A stretch of DNA of 64,000 nucleotides from Bacteroidota bacterium (lineage in GTDB: Bacteria > Bacteroidota > Ignavibacteria > Palsa-1295): assembly GCA_018266755.1 (NCBI GenBank), contig JAFDZW010000005.1:967233-1031232 (forward strand), read 5' to 3'. Positions 29,040 to 38,644 of this stretch are shown one piece after another; the stretch's first letter is position 1, and every line of letters begins with the position of its first letter. The notes beneath the pieces are model-generated. The model did not search any database and had not been told where the DNA came from. It saw only the letters and a list, made by a program, of their open reading frames with translations. A program made the translations under genes and the position numbers.

Positions 29040-30108
29040 TTGCTGACTGATAGACTTTTTCGACCGGCAGGTGGTCTAAGCAGAAATACTCGGGATTGAC
29101 GCATGTGCCGCGGAAGTAGCACTGGCACGGCTTGTCCGGTTCGATGAGCTCGCCGAGACCATACAGATCGCCGAACTCGTACTTATTGAATATATTATTG
29201 ATCAGGACAATCTTCTTTTCGAGTGCGACTGCAATATGAAACGCCATCGTCACACCGCTGATGATCGTCGAGCACTTGTCGACAAGCGAGATGAACTGCT
29301 TCAACCCGAACGTCCCGAGGTACTGTGCAGCACCGTCGGCAAGGCGAGCGATCTCGCGGTTGCGCGCATCTTCGTCGGGTCCGCCGAGTAACAGCACGCC
29401 GTAGCCTTGCGACTGTAATTTCTTTGCCAACTCGGCCCAGTGTTCGACGGCCCACAAGCGCGACGTCCAGCGCGCACCCGCGCCGGTGTTCATGCCGATA
29501 AGCGGCTTCGAGAGATCGAGTCCCTCGAACTGCATATCTGCCGGAGCGTCGATCAGATATTTCTCGCCGGCGAATTTGTAGCCGCAGATCTCGAAGAGTT
29601 CTTCGGGATATGATTTGCGATTCGCTTTGCTGACATCGTCGAACACGCCGGTGACATACTTCTCGGCTGCCAACGCATTCGCCGGACGCGACACGCCAAG
29701 CTCGTCGAGCAGGAAGCCTTCTTTACGTTTGGCGTGCAAGCGGTTTGCAAGCGCGCAGGCGTGATGGTCTTTATCGAGATTGATGATACGCGAAAACTTC
29801 AGCGCACCGAGGATCTCGAGACTATCAGGGCTCCACTTCAGGATGCGATCGACCATCGACGTCGGCACCAATTCCGGCGAGAGCGTCAACCACCAAATGC
29901 GCGCAGTCGGGTGCTCGTTCTTCAGCGGCGTAAGCAGCGGTGTGGTGCGCAGCACGTCGCCCGCTGCGCCGAGCTTGATGACGAGGATGTTCTCGGTGAC
30001 GGGTGCGTAGTGTTCGCAGCCGTCGCAATGCACGCCGAACTCTTTATGTGGCTTGCACGGAATGTCGCCTCGAAAATGCCGACAATCGGAATTGATGAGA
30101 ATGTCCAT
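29026..30108 (-). CDS. glycosyltransferase family 9 (LPS heptosyltransferase-like) with an N-terminal Cys-rich segment
   Basis: 'VLVIKLGAAGDVLRTTPLL' and C-terminal 'GPDEDARNREIARL...ISGVTMAFHIAVAL' fit the GT9 ADP-heptose:LPS heptosyltransferase pattern. Confidence 0.65.
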   Translation of the reverse strand: MDILINSDCRHFRGDIPCKPHKEFGVHCDGCEHYAPVTENILVIKLGAAGDVLRTTPLLTPLKNEHPTARIWWLTLSPELVPTSMVDRILKWSPDSLEILGALKFSRIINLDKDHHACALANRLHAKRKEGFLLDELGVSRPANALAAEKYVTGVFDDVSKANRKSYPEELFEICGYKFAGEKYLIDAPADMQFEGLDLSKPLIGMNTGAGARWTSRLWAVEHWAELAKKLQSQGYGVLLLGGPDEDARNREIARLADGAAQYLGTFGLKQFISLVDKCSTIISGVTMAFHIAVALEKKIVLINNIFNKYEFGDLYGLGELIEPDKPCQCYFRGTCVNPEYFCLDHLPVEKVYQSAIHLQ

Positions 30109-30193
30109 CCTTCAATGCAAAATTCGATCTGAACACGGTACGATTTACATTCGATGTACGAACGTCACATGCGTTCGCCGTACATGCAATGTC

Positions 30194-31900
30194 TTAATGA
30201 TTCCTCGGTCGCGGTGCGCGTCGTTGGCGCTCGACCGAAGTCTGCTGGTTGCGCATCGAGTTCTTCACCATCATTTCGCCGAGCAAGCCGATCGAGATGA
30301 GTTGCACGCCGACCAAAATCAGCAGCACACCGAGCAGCAGGATCGGGCGATTCGAAAGCGTCGTGAGTCCGCGTGCCCATTCGACGGAGACCCACACATT
30401 GATGACAAAGCCGATGAAGGCGAAGAGTGTGCCGATCGTCCCGAAGAAATGCAGCGGGCGGCGGCCGTAGCGATTGGTGAAGATGATGGTCAAGAGATCT
30501 AAGAAGCCTTTGAAAAAGCGGCTCGTGCCGAATTTGGATTTTCCGAACTTACGCGGGTGATGCAACACCGGCACTTCCGCAACACGGAAGCCCATCCAGT
30601 GTGCCAGAGCCGGCAAATAGCGGTGCATTTCGCCGTAGACGTCGAGCGAGTCGGTCACGGCCTTGCGATACGCTTTGAGCCCGCAATTGAAATCATGCAA
30701 TTTCAATCCGCTAAAGAAGCTGGTGACGGAGTTGAAGAGCTTCGACGGCGCCGTCTTCGAAAGCGGATCGTTACGCTTCTTCTTCCAGCCGGTCACGAGA
30801 TCGTATCCTTCGTCGAGTTTCGAGATCAGATTCGTGAACTCCTTCGGGTCGTCCTGCAGATCGGCGTCCATCGTGATGACGATGCCGTGCTTCGCTTCGC
30901 GAAATCCTGCGGCAAGCGCCGCCGACTTTCCTAAGTTCGAGCGGAATGTCAGCACCGTGACGCGGCTCGTCCCTTCGGCGATGTCTCGCAAGATCTCCGA
31001 AGAACGATCGGTCGAGCCATCGTTGATGAGAATGATCTCGTTATTCTTCTCGCACAATTTGAACAGCTCTTCGCGGACCGATGCGACGAGTTCGCGAAGC
31101 GATTCCTGCTCGTTATAGAGCGGGATCACCACAGAGATACCCAGGTTTGTCGCCATCGCACGGGCTCGTGGGAATGCGTTGTCCGCCGTTTTCGGTCCTC
31201 CGACACGCATCTCCGGCCTCGGCGGTCGTTGCTCTCTGCGCTGTTCGGGGCGCGCACCTCGATCGGGTCGCTCGCTTCGCTCCGGGCGCTCGCTGCGTTC
31301 GGGACGATCGCCACGATCGGCTCGCGGAGCGCGTTCCGGCCGTTCGCTGCGCTCAGGACGCTCACGACGTTCGGGGCGCTGACCACGAGTGCCGCGATCA
31401 GCACGCGGTTCTGCGGAAGCACCTTCGGGCTGCGCCGTTTCAGCGGCCGATTCGGCAATGCCTGCTGCCAGCGTCGGCTGACCTTCCGGTCTCGGACCGC
31501 GATCGCGGCGGTCACGGCCTCGTCGGTCGCGACCACGATCACGACGTTCTCGCGGCTGGTGTTCGCCTTCCGGCGTCTCGGCGGGTGCAGGAGCCTCGGT
31601 CTGCATTTCTTCCGTCGTCTCGGCGAGGACGGGGCTGAGGGGTTCGACATCTTTGGCCGGGATGAACAAGTCCGGAACCTCGAGTTGCGTACGCGATGCT
31701 GCCGATGCTTCGGCCTCGGTCTTGGGCTCGCTCGCCATCGGTGGCGCTTCGACGGGTTCGCTTGCGGGCTGGGCACTGTGTTGCTGCTTCATGCGTGCCG
31801 CCATCCGTTCGGCGATGATGTCCCGTGCCGGTGCTGGCGTCGGTGCGCGTTCGGGACGTTCTTCGCTCTGGCTTTCCAGAGGGGTCAATTCGTTGTCCAT
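30194..31900 (-). CDS. GT2 polyprenyl-phosphate glycosyltransferase (DPM1/ArnC/GtrB-like, two C-terminal TM helices). The maximal ORF adds a 248-aa Pro/Glu/Arg-rich repeat N-terminal extension
   Basis: 'VVIPLYNE...DGSTD...TMDADLQDDP' GT2 motifs. The internal Met MATNLG at 31156 gives a canonical 320-aa enzyme, so the real start is uncertain. Confidence 0.75.
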   Translation of the reverse strand: MDNELTPLESQSEERPERAPTPAPARDIIAERMAARMKQQHSAQPASEPVEAPPMASEPKTEAEASAASRTQLEVPDLFIPAKDVEPLSPVLAETTEEMQTEAPAPAETPEGEHQPRERRDRGRDRRGRDRRDRGPRPEGQPTLAAGIAESAAETAQPEGASAEPRADRGTRGQRPERRERPERSERPERAPRADRGDRPERSERPERSERPDRGARPEQRREQRPPRPEMRVGGPKTADNAFPRARAMATNLGISVVIPLYNEQESLRELVASVREELFKLCEKNNEIILINDGSTDRSSEILRDIAEGTSRVTVLTFRSNLGKSAALAAGFREAKHGIVITMDADLQDDPKEFTNLISKLDEGYDLVTGWKKKRNDPLSKTAPSKLFNSVTSFFSGLKLHDFNCGLKAYRKAVTDSLDVYGEMHRYLPALAHWMGFRVAEVPVLHHPRKFGKSKFGTSRFFKGFLDLLTIIFTNRYGRRPLHFFGTIGTLFAFIGFVINVWVSVEWARGLTTLSNRPILLLGVLLILVGVQLISIGLLGEMMVKNSMRNQQTSVERQRRAPRPRNH

Positions 31901-32003
31901 TCGTATCTACGTTCTGCCCATACAGGGTAAGCTGAGATAACACGGCACTTGCCAAAAACGTCCGCAGAATGGATCGCTCCGTTCGACCGCTCGGGGCGAG
32001 TGG

Positions 32004-32513
32004 TTATAACACGGCTGCCCGGACCGCTTCGACCGCAGTTTGAGCGTTGGATACATCGAGAATCGTCGGGTCCTCACGCGTCGGTACCTTGATCACCAAC
32101 CGGACCGTTCCGGTGGTATACCCGCATGCTTTCGAGAGGCGGCTGTCCCAATCGAGGATGACACCGGTCGTCGCTTCCTTGCGAAACCCGCGGCGGAAGA
32201 GCCATTTGAATACGCCCGGAACGTCGGGCAAGGCAGCAACGGGGATGATCTTGACCTGTTCGCTCGGCATAGTGCTGCGCAGATGGGTCTCGGGTGCAGT
32301 ATAGTTGCCATTGAAGCTCGTGTGCAGCGCTGCGCCGATGATTCGTGCATTGTCGGAGGCATCGCGGTCGGCGATCACCAGAACGAAGGGCTTTGCAGAA
32401 AACGCAGACCACACGACCTCCTCGCCGAATTGGTCTTCCGCAGGTTCGCCGGAGAGCGCACCAAGGATGCGCCCCCAACTGAGCGTGAGCAGTATGAGAG
32501 CCTGAAGCGTCAC
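32004..32513 (-). CDS. secreted hypothetical protein
   Basis: N-terminal signal MTLQALILLTLSWGRILGALSG. Co-directional with the flanking envelope genes. The antisense ORF 32040..32702 is judged spurious. Confidence 0.4.
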   Translation of the reverse strand: MTLQALILLTLSWGRILGALSGEPAEDQFGEEVVWSAFSAKPFVLVIADRDASDNARIIGAALHTSFNGNYTAPETHLRSTMPSEQVKIIPVAALPDVPGVFKWLFRRGFRKEATTGVILDWDSRLSKACGYTTGTVRLVIKVPTREDPTILDVSNAQTAVEAVRAAVL

Positions 32514-32560
32514 GAATGCGCGTATTATTTTGTCCTACGCTGTGACGGTCGGGCTCGGAT

Positions 32561-34426
32561 TTATTTTGCGGCCGGGCCTCCGGGTGTTCCAGGTTTTTTC
32601 CCGACCACATCGCGTGGGCCGCGAACCGTGAATACCCATGCTTTGAGTTGCCGTTCGAATTGCTCCATCGGCAGCGGACCCATCGAAAGCACTTGGTCGT
32701 GAAATGCTTTCAGATCGAACTTCCCGTCCGGCGTGAGCTCGCTTCGCGTATAGTCGAGCATTTCGCGAATGCGCATCTCGCCCATCTTGTATGCGAGAGC
32801 CTGCCCAGGATCGGCGATGTAGCGATCTACTTCGACTTCGATGTCGTGACTTGCCTTCGGGACATTCTTCGTGAAATACTCGATCGCTTGTTCGCGGGTC
32901 CACCCCTTCCAGTGAATACCGACATCGACCACGAGCCGGATCGCTCGCCACATTTCATAGCTCAACTGCCCCATCCGATCCGCTGGTGTGGTGTAGAAGC
33001 CAAGCTGATCGCCGAGACTCTCGGCATAGAGCGCCCAGCCTTCGACGTATGCCGTGTAATCGAGATACTTACGCAGATCGGGCAATGTATGCTGTTCGTC
33101 GCTGTATGATAACTGCAAGTGATGGCCCGGAACGGCTTCATGGAGAGACAATGGCTGCATCTCCCACTTCGGTCGCGACGAGAGATCGTACGTATTCACC
33201 CGATACACACCCGGGCGATGCGCAGCCGCAGAACCGGGCTCGTAATACGCTGTCGTTGCTTCCTTCGCCGCATAGGCAGGAACGGGTAGCACGACAAGCG
33301 GCGACGACGGAATGTGCGAGAAGATCGTCGGCAGCCCCTTCTGTGCTTTTTCGACGATCTCACGATACCCTGCGACGAGGCTTGCGGAATCGGTATAGAA
33401 GAATTGTTTGTCGTGGCGCAGAAAATCGAAATACGCGGTAAGATCGCCGCTAAACCCGGCAGCCTGACGCACCGAATCCATTTCTTTGCGGATCCGCTCG
33501 ACCTCTTTCGTGCCCATCTCGAAAATCACGTCGGGGACATAGTTCGTCGTCGTATGGTGTGCTGCTTTCCATTTATACCATTCGGGCCCCTTCGGCAGAT
33601 CGCGCATCCCGATCGTCTCGCGGCAGTGCGGGATGTACGTCTTCACCATAAAATCTCTAAACTTCTCGAATGCCGGTACGATCTGCGATGCGTAGATCTG
33701 TTGCGCCTGGCGATTGAGTTCGTCGCGATCAGCAATAGCGATTGCCGTCGGTAGTTCGACAAAACGCGCAAGCAGCGGCGAGTTCAACGGCTCGGTCGGG
33801 ATGAGGGCCGCGATTTGATCGGGCACGCCGCGCATAATGATCTTCGGCTGCACGATGTGTTGGTCGATGCCACGTTGCAGCATCGCGATGGTCTGATCGA
33901 TCAGCTTCGGCAGCGCTCGCAGACGCGCGAGAATGTCATTGTAGTCTTCGAGTGTCGCATGTGGCTGCCGATCGAGCGTGCCGACGGCGTCGATCTGCGG
34001 ACCCGATTGCTGCGAGACGAGCAGGTAATCGTCATGAAACGCGTAGCCTGCGAGACGGTCGATCGCCCAGGATTGGATCGCCTTAAAATCCGACTTTCCT
34101 TGTTCGTCGAGATACTGCTGCCGGTTGCCCCATCGAAGCTGTGCGAGAAATTCGTTAAGATCTTCGCGTCGGCGGCCGGTCGCTTCCGGTGCGAGTTCGC
34201 TCCATCGGTCGTTTTGCCCGGGGTAGCCGACTTCGGTCGCCCACTCCGGAAATTCGTGCATGAGCGACGCCCATTCGCTGTCGAGCAATTCGTAGAGCGT
34301 TGGTTTGGGTTCGTTCGGATTGATCGTATGCTGTGCGCGCAGCGACGACGCTGTGGCGGTGAGCATGGTCAAGGCAGCGGCGGCAAGAATCGCAAACTGT
34401 AGCCCGCGTGTGGATGTATTGGTCAT
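32561..34426 (-). CDS. DUF885-family protein (putative secreted metallopeptidase)
   Basis: 'HEAVPGHHLQ' is the DUF885 signature. Signal peptide at the internal Met MTNTSTRGLQFAILAAAALTML, start trimmed from ORF 32561..34789. Confidence 0.65.
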   Translation of the reverse strand: MTNTSTRGLQFAILAAAALTMLTATASSLRAQHTINPNEPKPTLYELLDSEWASLMHEFPEWATEVGYPGQNDRWSELAPEATGRRREDLNEFLAQLRWGNRQQYLDEQGKSDFKAIQSWAIDRLAGYAFHDDYLLVSQQSGPQIDAVGTLDRQPHATLEDYNDILARLRALPKLIDQTIAMLQRGIDQHIVQPKIIMRGVPDQIAALIPTEPLNSPLLARFVELPTAIAIADRDELNRQAQQIYASQIVPAFEKFRDFMVKTYIPHCRETIGMRDLPKGPEWYKWKAAHHTTTNYVPDVIFEMGTKEVERIRKEMDSVRQAAGFSGDLTAYFDFLRHDKQFFYTDSASLVAGYREIVEKAQKGLPTIFSHIPSSPLVVLPVPAYAAKEATTAYYEPGSAAAHRPGVYRVNTYDLSSRPKWEMQPLSLHEAVPGHHLQLSYSDEQHTLPDLRKYLDYTAYVEGWALYAESLGDQLGFYTTPADRMGQLSYEMWRAIRLVVDVGIHWKGWTREQAIEYFTKNVPKASHDIEVEVDRYIADPGQALAYKMGEMRIREMLDYTRSELTPDGKFDLKAFHDQVLSMGPLPMEQFERQLKAWVFTVRGPRDVVGKKPGTPGGPAAK

Positions 34427-34481
34427 AATAGATGCGGGGGCGTTGATACGGCGCAAAAATACAACAATCGAAGCAGAATTC

Positions 34482-36053
34482 CTAACGTGCCTCTCTGCGG
34501 CGGAACCGACCGGCGATCTCAGCGAAGAACGCACGCTCGCGTTCGCTGAAAAAACCGAAGGCGAAGAGTCCGCCAATGGCAATGCCGGTGCAGGCAACGC
34601 GCACCATGAAGACTGCGGCAGAACCACTAACTGCGCCCACCCCGACAAGAATGCGTTCGGCAACAAACGCAACGCCGACCACCAGCGCGAGCAGTCCGAT
34701 GCGGCCCCATTCATATTGGATGGGATACGCTCGCTGCGACGGAATATAGATCGCGATTGCCATCGCAATATACGCGGCCAACGTCGCAAGCGCTGCGCCC
34801 ATGATGCCGAGCGGCGGAATGAGCAATAAATTTACAGCCACATTCACAAGTGCGCCGAGGCCGGTAATAGACGGCAGTGTCTTGTTGCGCTCTTTGATAT
34901 AGATGCCCGCAATGAAATTCGTGTACATTCCTTGAAAGACGTAGGCGAAGAGCACAACCGGAATGATATTCATCCCGCTCAAATAATCCGCCCGCAACAA
35001 GCGTCGGCCAAAGACGGGCGTCGAGAGCACGTACGGAAGAAAGAACGAAAGCAATAAGAACGCGACGAGCGCAATGAGCATGAAGTACGTGAAGATCCGC
35101 GAGAACAACAAGCGTGCACGCACATCGTCGGTTTTGTGCTGGCGCATAAAGAACGGCCGCCACGCATACTCGAATAGGCTCACAAACACCATCATGATAA
35201 AGCCCATCCGGTAGTTCGCCTGATAAATACCCACCGCGCCAAGCCCAAGATAGAGCTGCACGATCGGCCGGTCGATCACCTGCACCATCATCGCTCCGAG
35301 ATAGGCCGGGACGTTCGTCAGACCGAAGACGAGCATCGTCCGAAGCGAAGTCGCCTTCGAGTCATGCGACGCAGTGCCACCGCCGCTTCTATACTTCGCG
35401 AGGATCGTCGGCACGAGCATCAACACCTGCACCGCCGATGCGACCAGATTCGCCACGAAGATCCCTTCGACTCCTGCATGGAAGCCGAGAATCAGCACAA
35501 AATTCAGGATGAGAGTAATGACGATATTCGTAAGCTTGATCGCCGCAAACTTCTTCGCACGATGTTCGAGTCGCAGGTCGGCGAACGGCAGTACCGAGAT
35601 CGCATCGAGCAGCAGGATGATCGCCGAGTACCGCACGATACGCGTGAGCATCGGCAGCATCGGCGTGATGTCGGTCTTCGGGTCGAAGAATAGCGGCGGC
35701 GCAAGTGTCGGAGCAAGAAAGAAAAACCCGATCGAGAGCAAGGCTCCGACGGCGACGATGGTATTGAACGAACCGCTGAAGAGGCGCGTCTGCCGCATGC
35801 CGTCGGCCGCTTCGTGTTCGCCGCGCGATGCATAGCGGAAGTACGCTCCTTCGAGCCCGAGCGGATACACGACGTTCAGGAATGCGATCCAGGTATAGAG
35901 CACACTCGAGATGCCGTACTCGCTCGTCGAATGCAGGACGTTCACATAGAACGGAACGAGCAGAAAATTGAGGAATCGGCCGATCACGGTACTCGTCCCG
36001 TAAATCAGCGTCTCTTTGGAAAGCGCGGCGAGTTCTTTACGCATGTTCGGCAA
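34482..36053 (-). CDS. Wzx-like polysaccharide/LPS flippase (MOP superfamily)
   Basis: 523 aa with 12-14 TM helices, 'polysaccharide biosynthesis protein' architecture. Confidence 0.65.
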   Translation of the reverse strand: MPNMRKELAALSKETLIYGTSTVIGRFLNFLLVPFYVNVLHSTSEYGISSVLYTWIAFLNVVYPLGLEGAYFRYASRGEHEAADGMRQTRLFSGSFNTIVAVGALLSIGFFFLAPTLAPPLFFDPKTDITPMLPMLTRIVRYSAIILLLDAISVLPFADLRLEHRAKKFAAIKLTNIVITLILNFVLILGFHAGVEGIFVANLVASAVQVLMLVPTILAKYRSGGGTASHDSKATSLRTMLVFGLTNVPAYLGAMMVQVIDRPIVQLYLGLGAVGIYQANYRMGFIMMVFVSLFEYAWRPFFMRQHKTDDVRARLLFSRIFTYFMLIALVAFLLLSFFLPYVLSTPVFGRRLLRADYLSGMNIIPVVLFAYVFQGMYTNFIAGIYIKERNKTLPSITGLGALVNVAVNLLLIPPLGIMGAALATLAAYIAMAIAIYIPSQRAYPIQYEWGRIGLLALVVGVAFVAERILVGVGAVSGSAAVFMVRVACTGIAIGGLFAFGFFSERERAFFAEIAGRFRRREAR

Positions 36054-36112
36054 AAATACGCGTAATTACCGATTGCATCGTATCTTCGTGATGGTGACTC
36101 GTTCGTACTGAC

Positions 36113-37759
36113 ATGCTATCTCCGGCAACACATCGCGCAGCATTTCGTTCGTGTAGGTCGGTCGTACTGACCGCGATCCTGGTGTTCGTCGGCCCATTCG
36201 TTTCGTTCGCACAGTCTATTTATCTCTCCGACTCCTTCCCGGGTGGTGTCACCGCCGGCGGATATGCACCGGACAACGACGGTTCGGGATCGGGCCAGAT
36301 CATGCTCCATTTCCCCGCCGGTGCACAGGTCGTCAAAGCGATTCTCTTTGCCGGGAATTTCGATACGCCGGCAATACTTCCGCTGATGCTTAACGGCCAC
36401 CCAATCCGCTTGGACCCTGCGACCCAAATGACGCTGGGACATTGGTCGAGTTACGGCGATCCTGCCAGCACACATGCTGTCGATGTAACATCGTTGATCG
36501 ACCCGGCTCAACAAACCCAAACGCTCGACGTTCCGCCGCAGCCTCCGACATCGCATCGATATGTGGACTTTTGGCTCGTCGTCGAATACACGTTCGCTGG
36601 CGCGACACAAACGCGCGTCACCGTTGTGCTCGATACGCAAGACTTTGCTTCGTCGCTCAACTTCAGAATTCCGATCGCCCGCCATGCTGTTAGTCGCCGG
36701 CCGCTTGGCTTCGGTGCGTATGTAGGATATGTATGCAATTCCAATTCGGATGGCGAAATCGTCAATGCCAACAACGCTCGTCTCGGTGTTGTCGGCGGGC
36801 ACGAAGCGAATTCGGGTAACTGCGCGGGCCCGATGCCGCACTTCTACTATGAGCGCGGTACGCTCGTCGGGCTTGGCGAGTGTGGCGCCGATCAAGCGAT
36901 GGATACGACCGATGTGCTCAGCGATATCCGGGGGCTCGTCCGCCCGAGCGATCAGACCGTCACGGTTACGCTCGATCACATCTCGAGCGCGACGCCGAAT
37001 GACAACAGTGTATGGGGCCTCGTCGTCGTCGATGGCGACACGATCTGCACGAATCCGACGATCTCACTCTCGCCAACATTCGCCACGGCGAAACCAGGCT
37101 ATGCGATCGACTATGCGCTGATGGCAAGTTCTCCGCTCGTCGACATCGCTGCGCTTGATGTCGATATCGAGTTGATCGGCGACAACCTCGAGCTCAATAG
37201 CATCGAATCCGCAAATACGGTGACGTTCGACCGGTGGTTGCAACCGACGCATCTCTCGTTGCACGGCGCTCCGTATCTCGTCACTCCCAACGATACACTT
37301 GCGCTCTTGCACTTCGATGTCAGTGTAGGACGCGACACACTTACGAGACTTCATTTATCGCACCTGCAGATCGACGAAATCGACGAGTCGCTTGTTCCCT
37401 GCGGCGCCTCGCTGCCGTCCGCAACGACACCCGACCCGACGTTTATCATGACGGATACTTGCAGCTCCGCCGAGATCCGCCAGTACCTTCGAACGGGAAG
37501 GGTGATCGTCGTTTCGAAGATCGTACCGAATCCCGTGTCGAATAGCGCAGTGCTCGAAGTGCAGGCACGTGCCGAGTGCGATGCGTCAATAGAAATTGTC
37601 GATGTATTGGGAAACACAGTAGCTCGGCAATCCAGCCATCTGCATCAGGGTACGAACGACCTCACACTCGACCTTGGCAACATAGCATCCGGCTTCTATC
37701 AAATCGTACTGCGTACTCCCGCAGAGAATACACGAACCCCGCTCGTAAAAATCGACTGA
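36113..37759 (+). CDS. T9SS cargo protein, hypothetical function
   Basis: Signal/anchor 'VVLTAILVFVGPFVSFAQS'. C-terminal 'VSKIVPNPVSNSAVLEVQ...GFYQIVLRTP...LVKID' T9SS CTD. Confidence 0.6.
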   Translation: MLSPATHRAAFRSCRSVVLTAILVFVGPFVSFAQSIYLSDSFPGGVTAGGYAPDNDGSGSGQIMLHFPAGAQVVKAILFAGNFDTPAILPLMLNGHPIRLDPATQMTLGHWSSYGDPASTHAVDVTSLIDPAQQTQTLDVPPQPPTSHRYVDFWLVVEYTFAGATQTRVTVVLDTQDFASSLNFRIPIARHAVSRRPLGFGAYVGYVCNSNSDGEIVNANNARLGVVGGHEANSGNCAGPMPHFYYERGTLVGLGECGADQAMDTTDVLSDIRGLVRPSDQTVTVTLDHISSATPNDNSVWGLVVVDGDTICTNPTISLSPTFATAKPGYAIDYALMASSPLVDIAALDVDIELIGDNLELNSIESANTVTFDRWLQPTHLSLHGAPYLVTPNDTLALLHFDVSVGRDTLTRLHLSHLQIDEIDESLVPCGASLPSATTPDPTFIMTDTCSSAEIRQYLRTGRVIVVSKIVPNPVSNSAVLEVQARAECDASIEIVDVLGNTVARQSSHLHQGTNDLTLDLGNIASGFYQIVLRTPAENTRTPLVKID

Positions 37760-37787
37760 CACGCGACAGACTTCGCGCAGTGTATTT

Positions 37788-38582
37788 TTGATCCGGTATA
37801 TTGCTGCATTGATGAATGTGTTCTATGGATATCTCGGCGCATCGATCGTCGCTGCAGTTGCGTGGCGACTGCGGGCATTGTCACCAAGCGGCGCAGTTGC
37901 GGCTGTTGTTGTTGGCGGGACGATCTTCGCATTCGGGGATCTCTCGGCAACCACCATCCTGCTCGCCTTCTTTCTCAGCGGCTCGCTGCTGTCGCGTCTG
38001 AACGAACGTCATGCCGGTGCGCGCGACTGGAAACAAGTGCTCGCGAATGGTCTTGTGCCGACACTCGCGATCATGTTGCTTGCCGCGCGACACGATCTTC
38101 GCCCGGAGGCGACACTCCTGTTTCTCGGTTCGCTCGCTACTGCAACCGCCGATACGTGGGCGACGGAGTTCGGGAAACGCTTCGGCACGAATGTGTACGA
38201 TTGTCTTTCGTGGCAGCCGATGACACCGGGACTCTCCGGCGGCATATCGCTGGTCGGCACACTCGCAAGCGTCGCAGGCGCAACGGTGATCGCCGCGCTC
38301 TCGCTCGTCCCGTATCCGAACGATGTCGGTCTGTGCGGGTTGGTCTTTGTGAAACCAATGCTTGTCGTCCCGACCGCAGGAGTATGCGGTGCGCTTATCG
38401 ACAGCATTATCGGTTCGGCGCTGCAGGTCAAATACAAGACAAGCGACGGCACCATTATCGAAGAGCGGCGTGCGGACTCCGAACATCTCCGCGGCCTGCG
38501 CTGGCTCGGCAACAACGCAACGAACCTGATCTCGACATTCATCGGCGGCATCGTCGCTGTCGGCATCGCGGAGTGGTTTTGA
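37788..38582 (+). CDS. DUF92-family integral membrane protein (TMEM19-like)
   Basis: 6-7 TM helices, with 'GLSGGISLVGTLAS' and 'ATEFGKRFG' resembling DUF92/TIGR00297. Confidence 0.5.
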   Translation: MIRYIAALMNVFYGYLGASIVAAVAWRLRALSPSGAVAAVVVGGTIFAFGDLSATTILLAFFLSGSLLSRLNERHAGARDWKQVLANGLVPTLAIMLLAARHDLRPEATLLFLGSLATATADTWATEFGKRFGTNVYDCLSWQPMTPGLSGGISLVGTLASVAGATVIAALSLVPYPNDVGLCGLVFVKPMLVVPTAGVCGALIDSIIGSALQVKYKTSDGTIIEERRADSEHLRGLRWLGNNATNLISTFIGGIVAVGIAEWF

Positions 38583-38590
38583 TGAAATAA

Positions 38591-38617
38591 AAAAGGACGG
38601 ACAATGCGTCCGTCCTT
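38591..38617 (-). terminator. rho-independent terminator of cfa (10-bp GC-rich stem 'aaggacggac/gtccgtcctt', 5-nt loop, U-tract on the minus strand)
   Basis: Read directly. On the minus-strand transcript the hairpin is followed by 'uuuuuuauuu'. Confidence 0.6.
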
Positions 38618-38644
38618 CCGTGCTCGACCGGTGATCGTGAACAA

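Noticed and set aside
31179-31382. Plus-strand 'RSGRS'-repeat ORF and other multi-frame ORFs in 31126..31930
   Set aside because: These are by-products of the degenerate tandem DNA repeat, open in several frames. Only the minus-strand frame is contiguous with the GT2 domain
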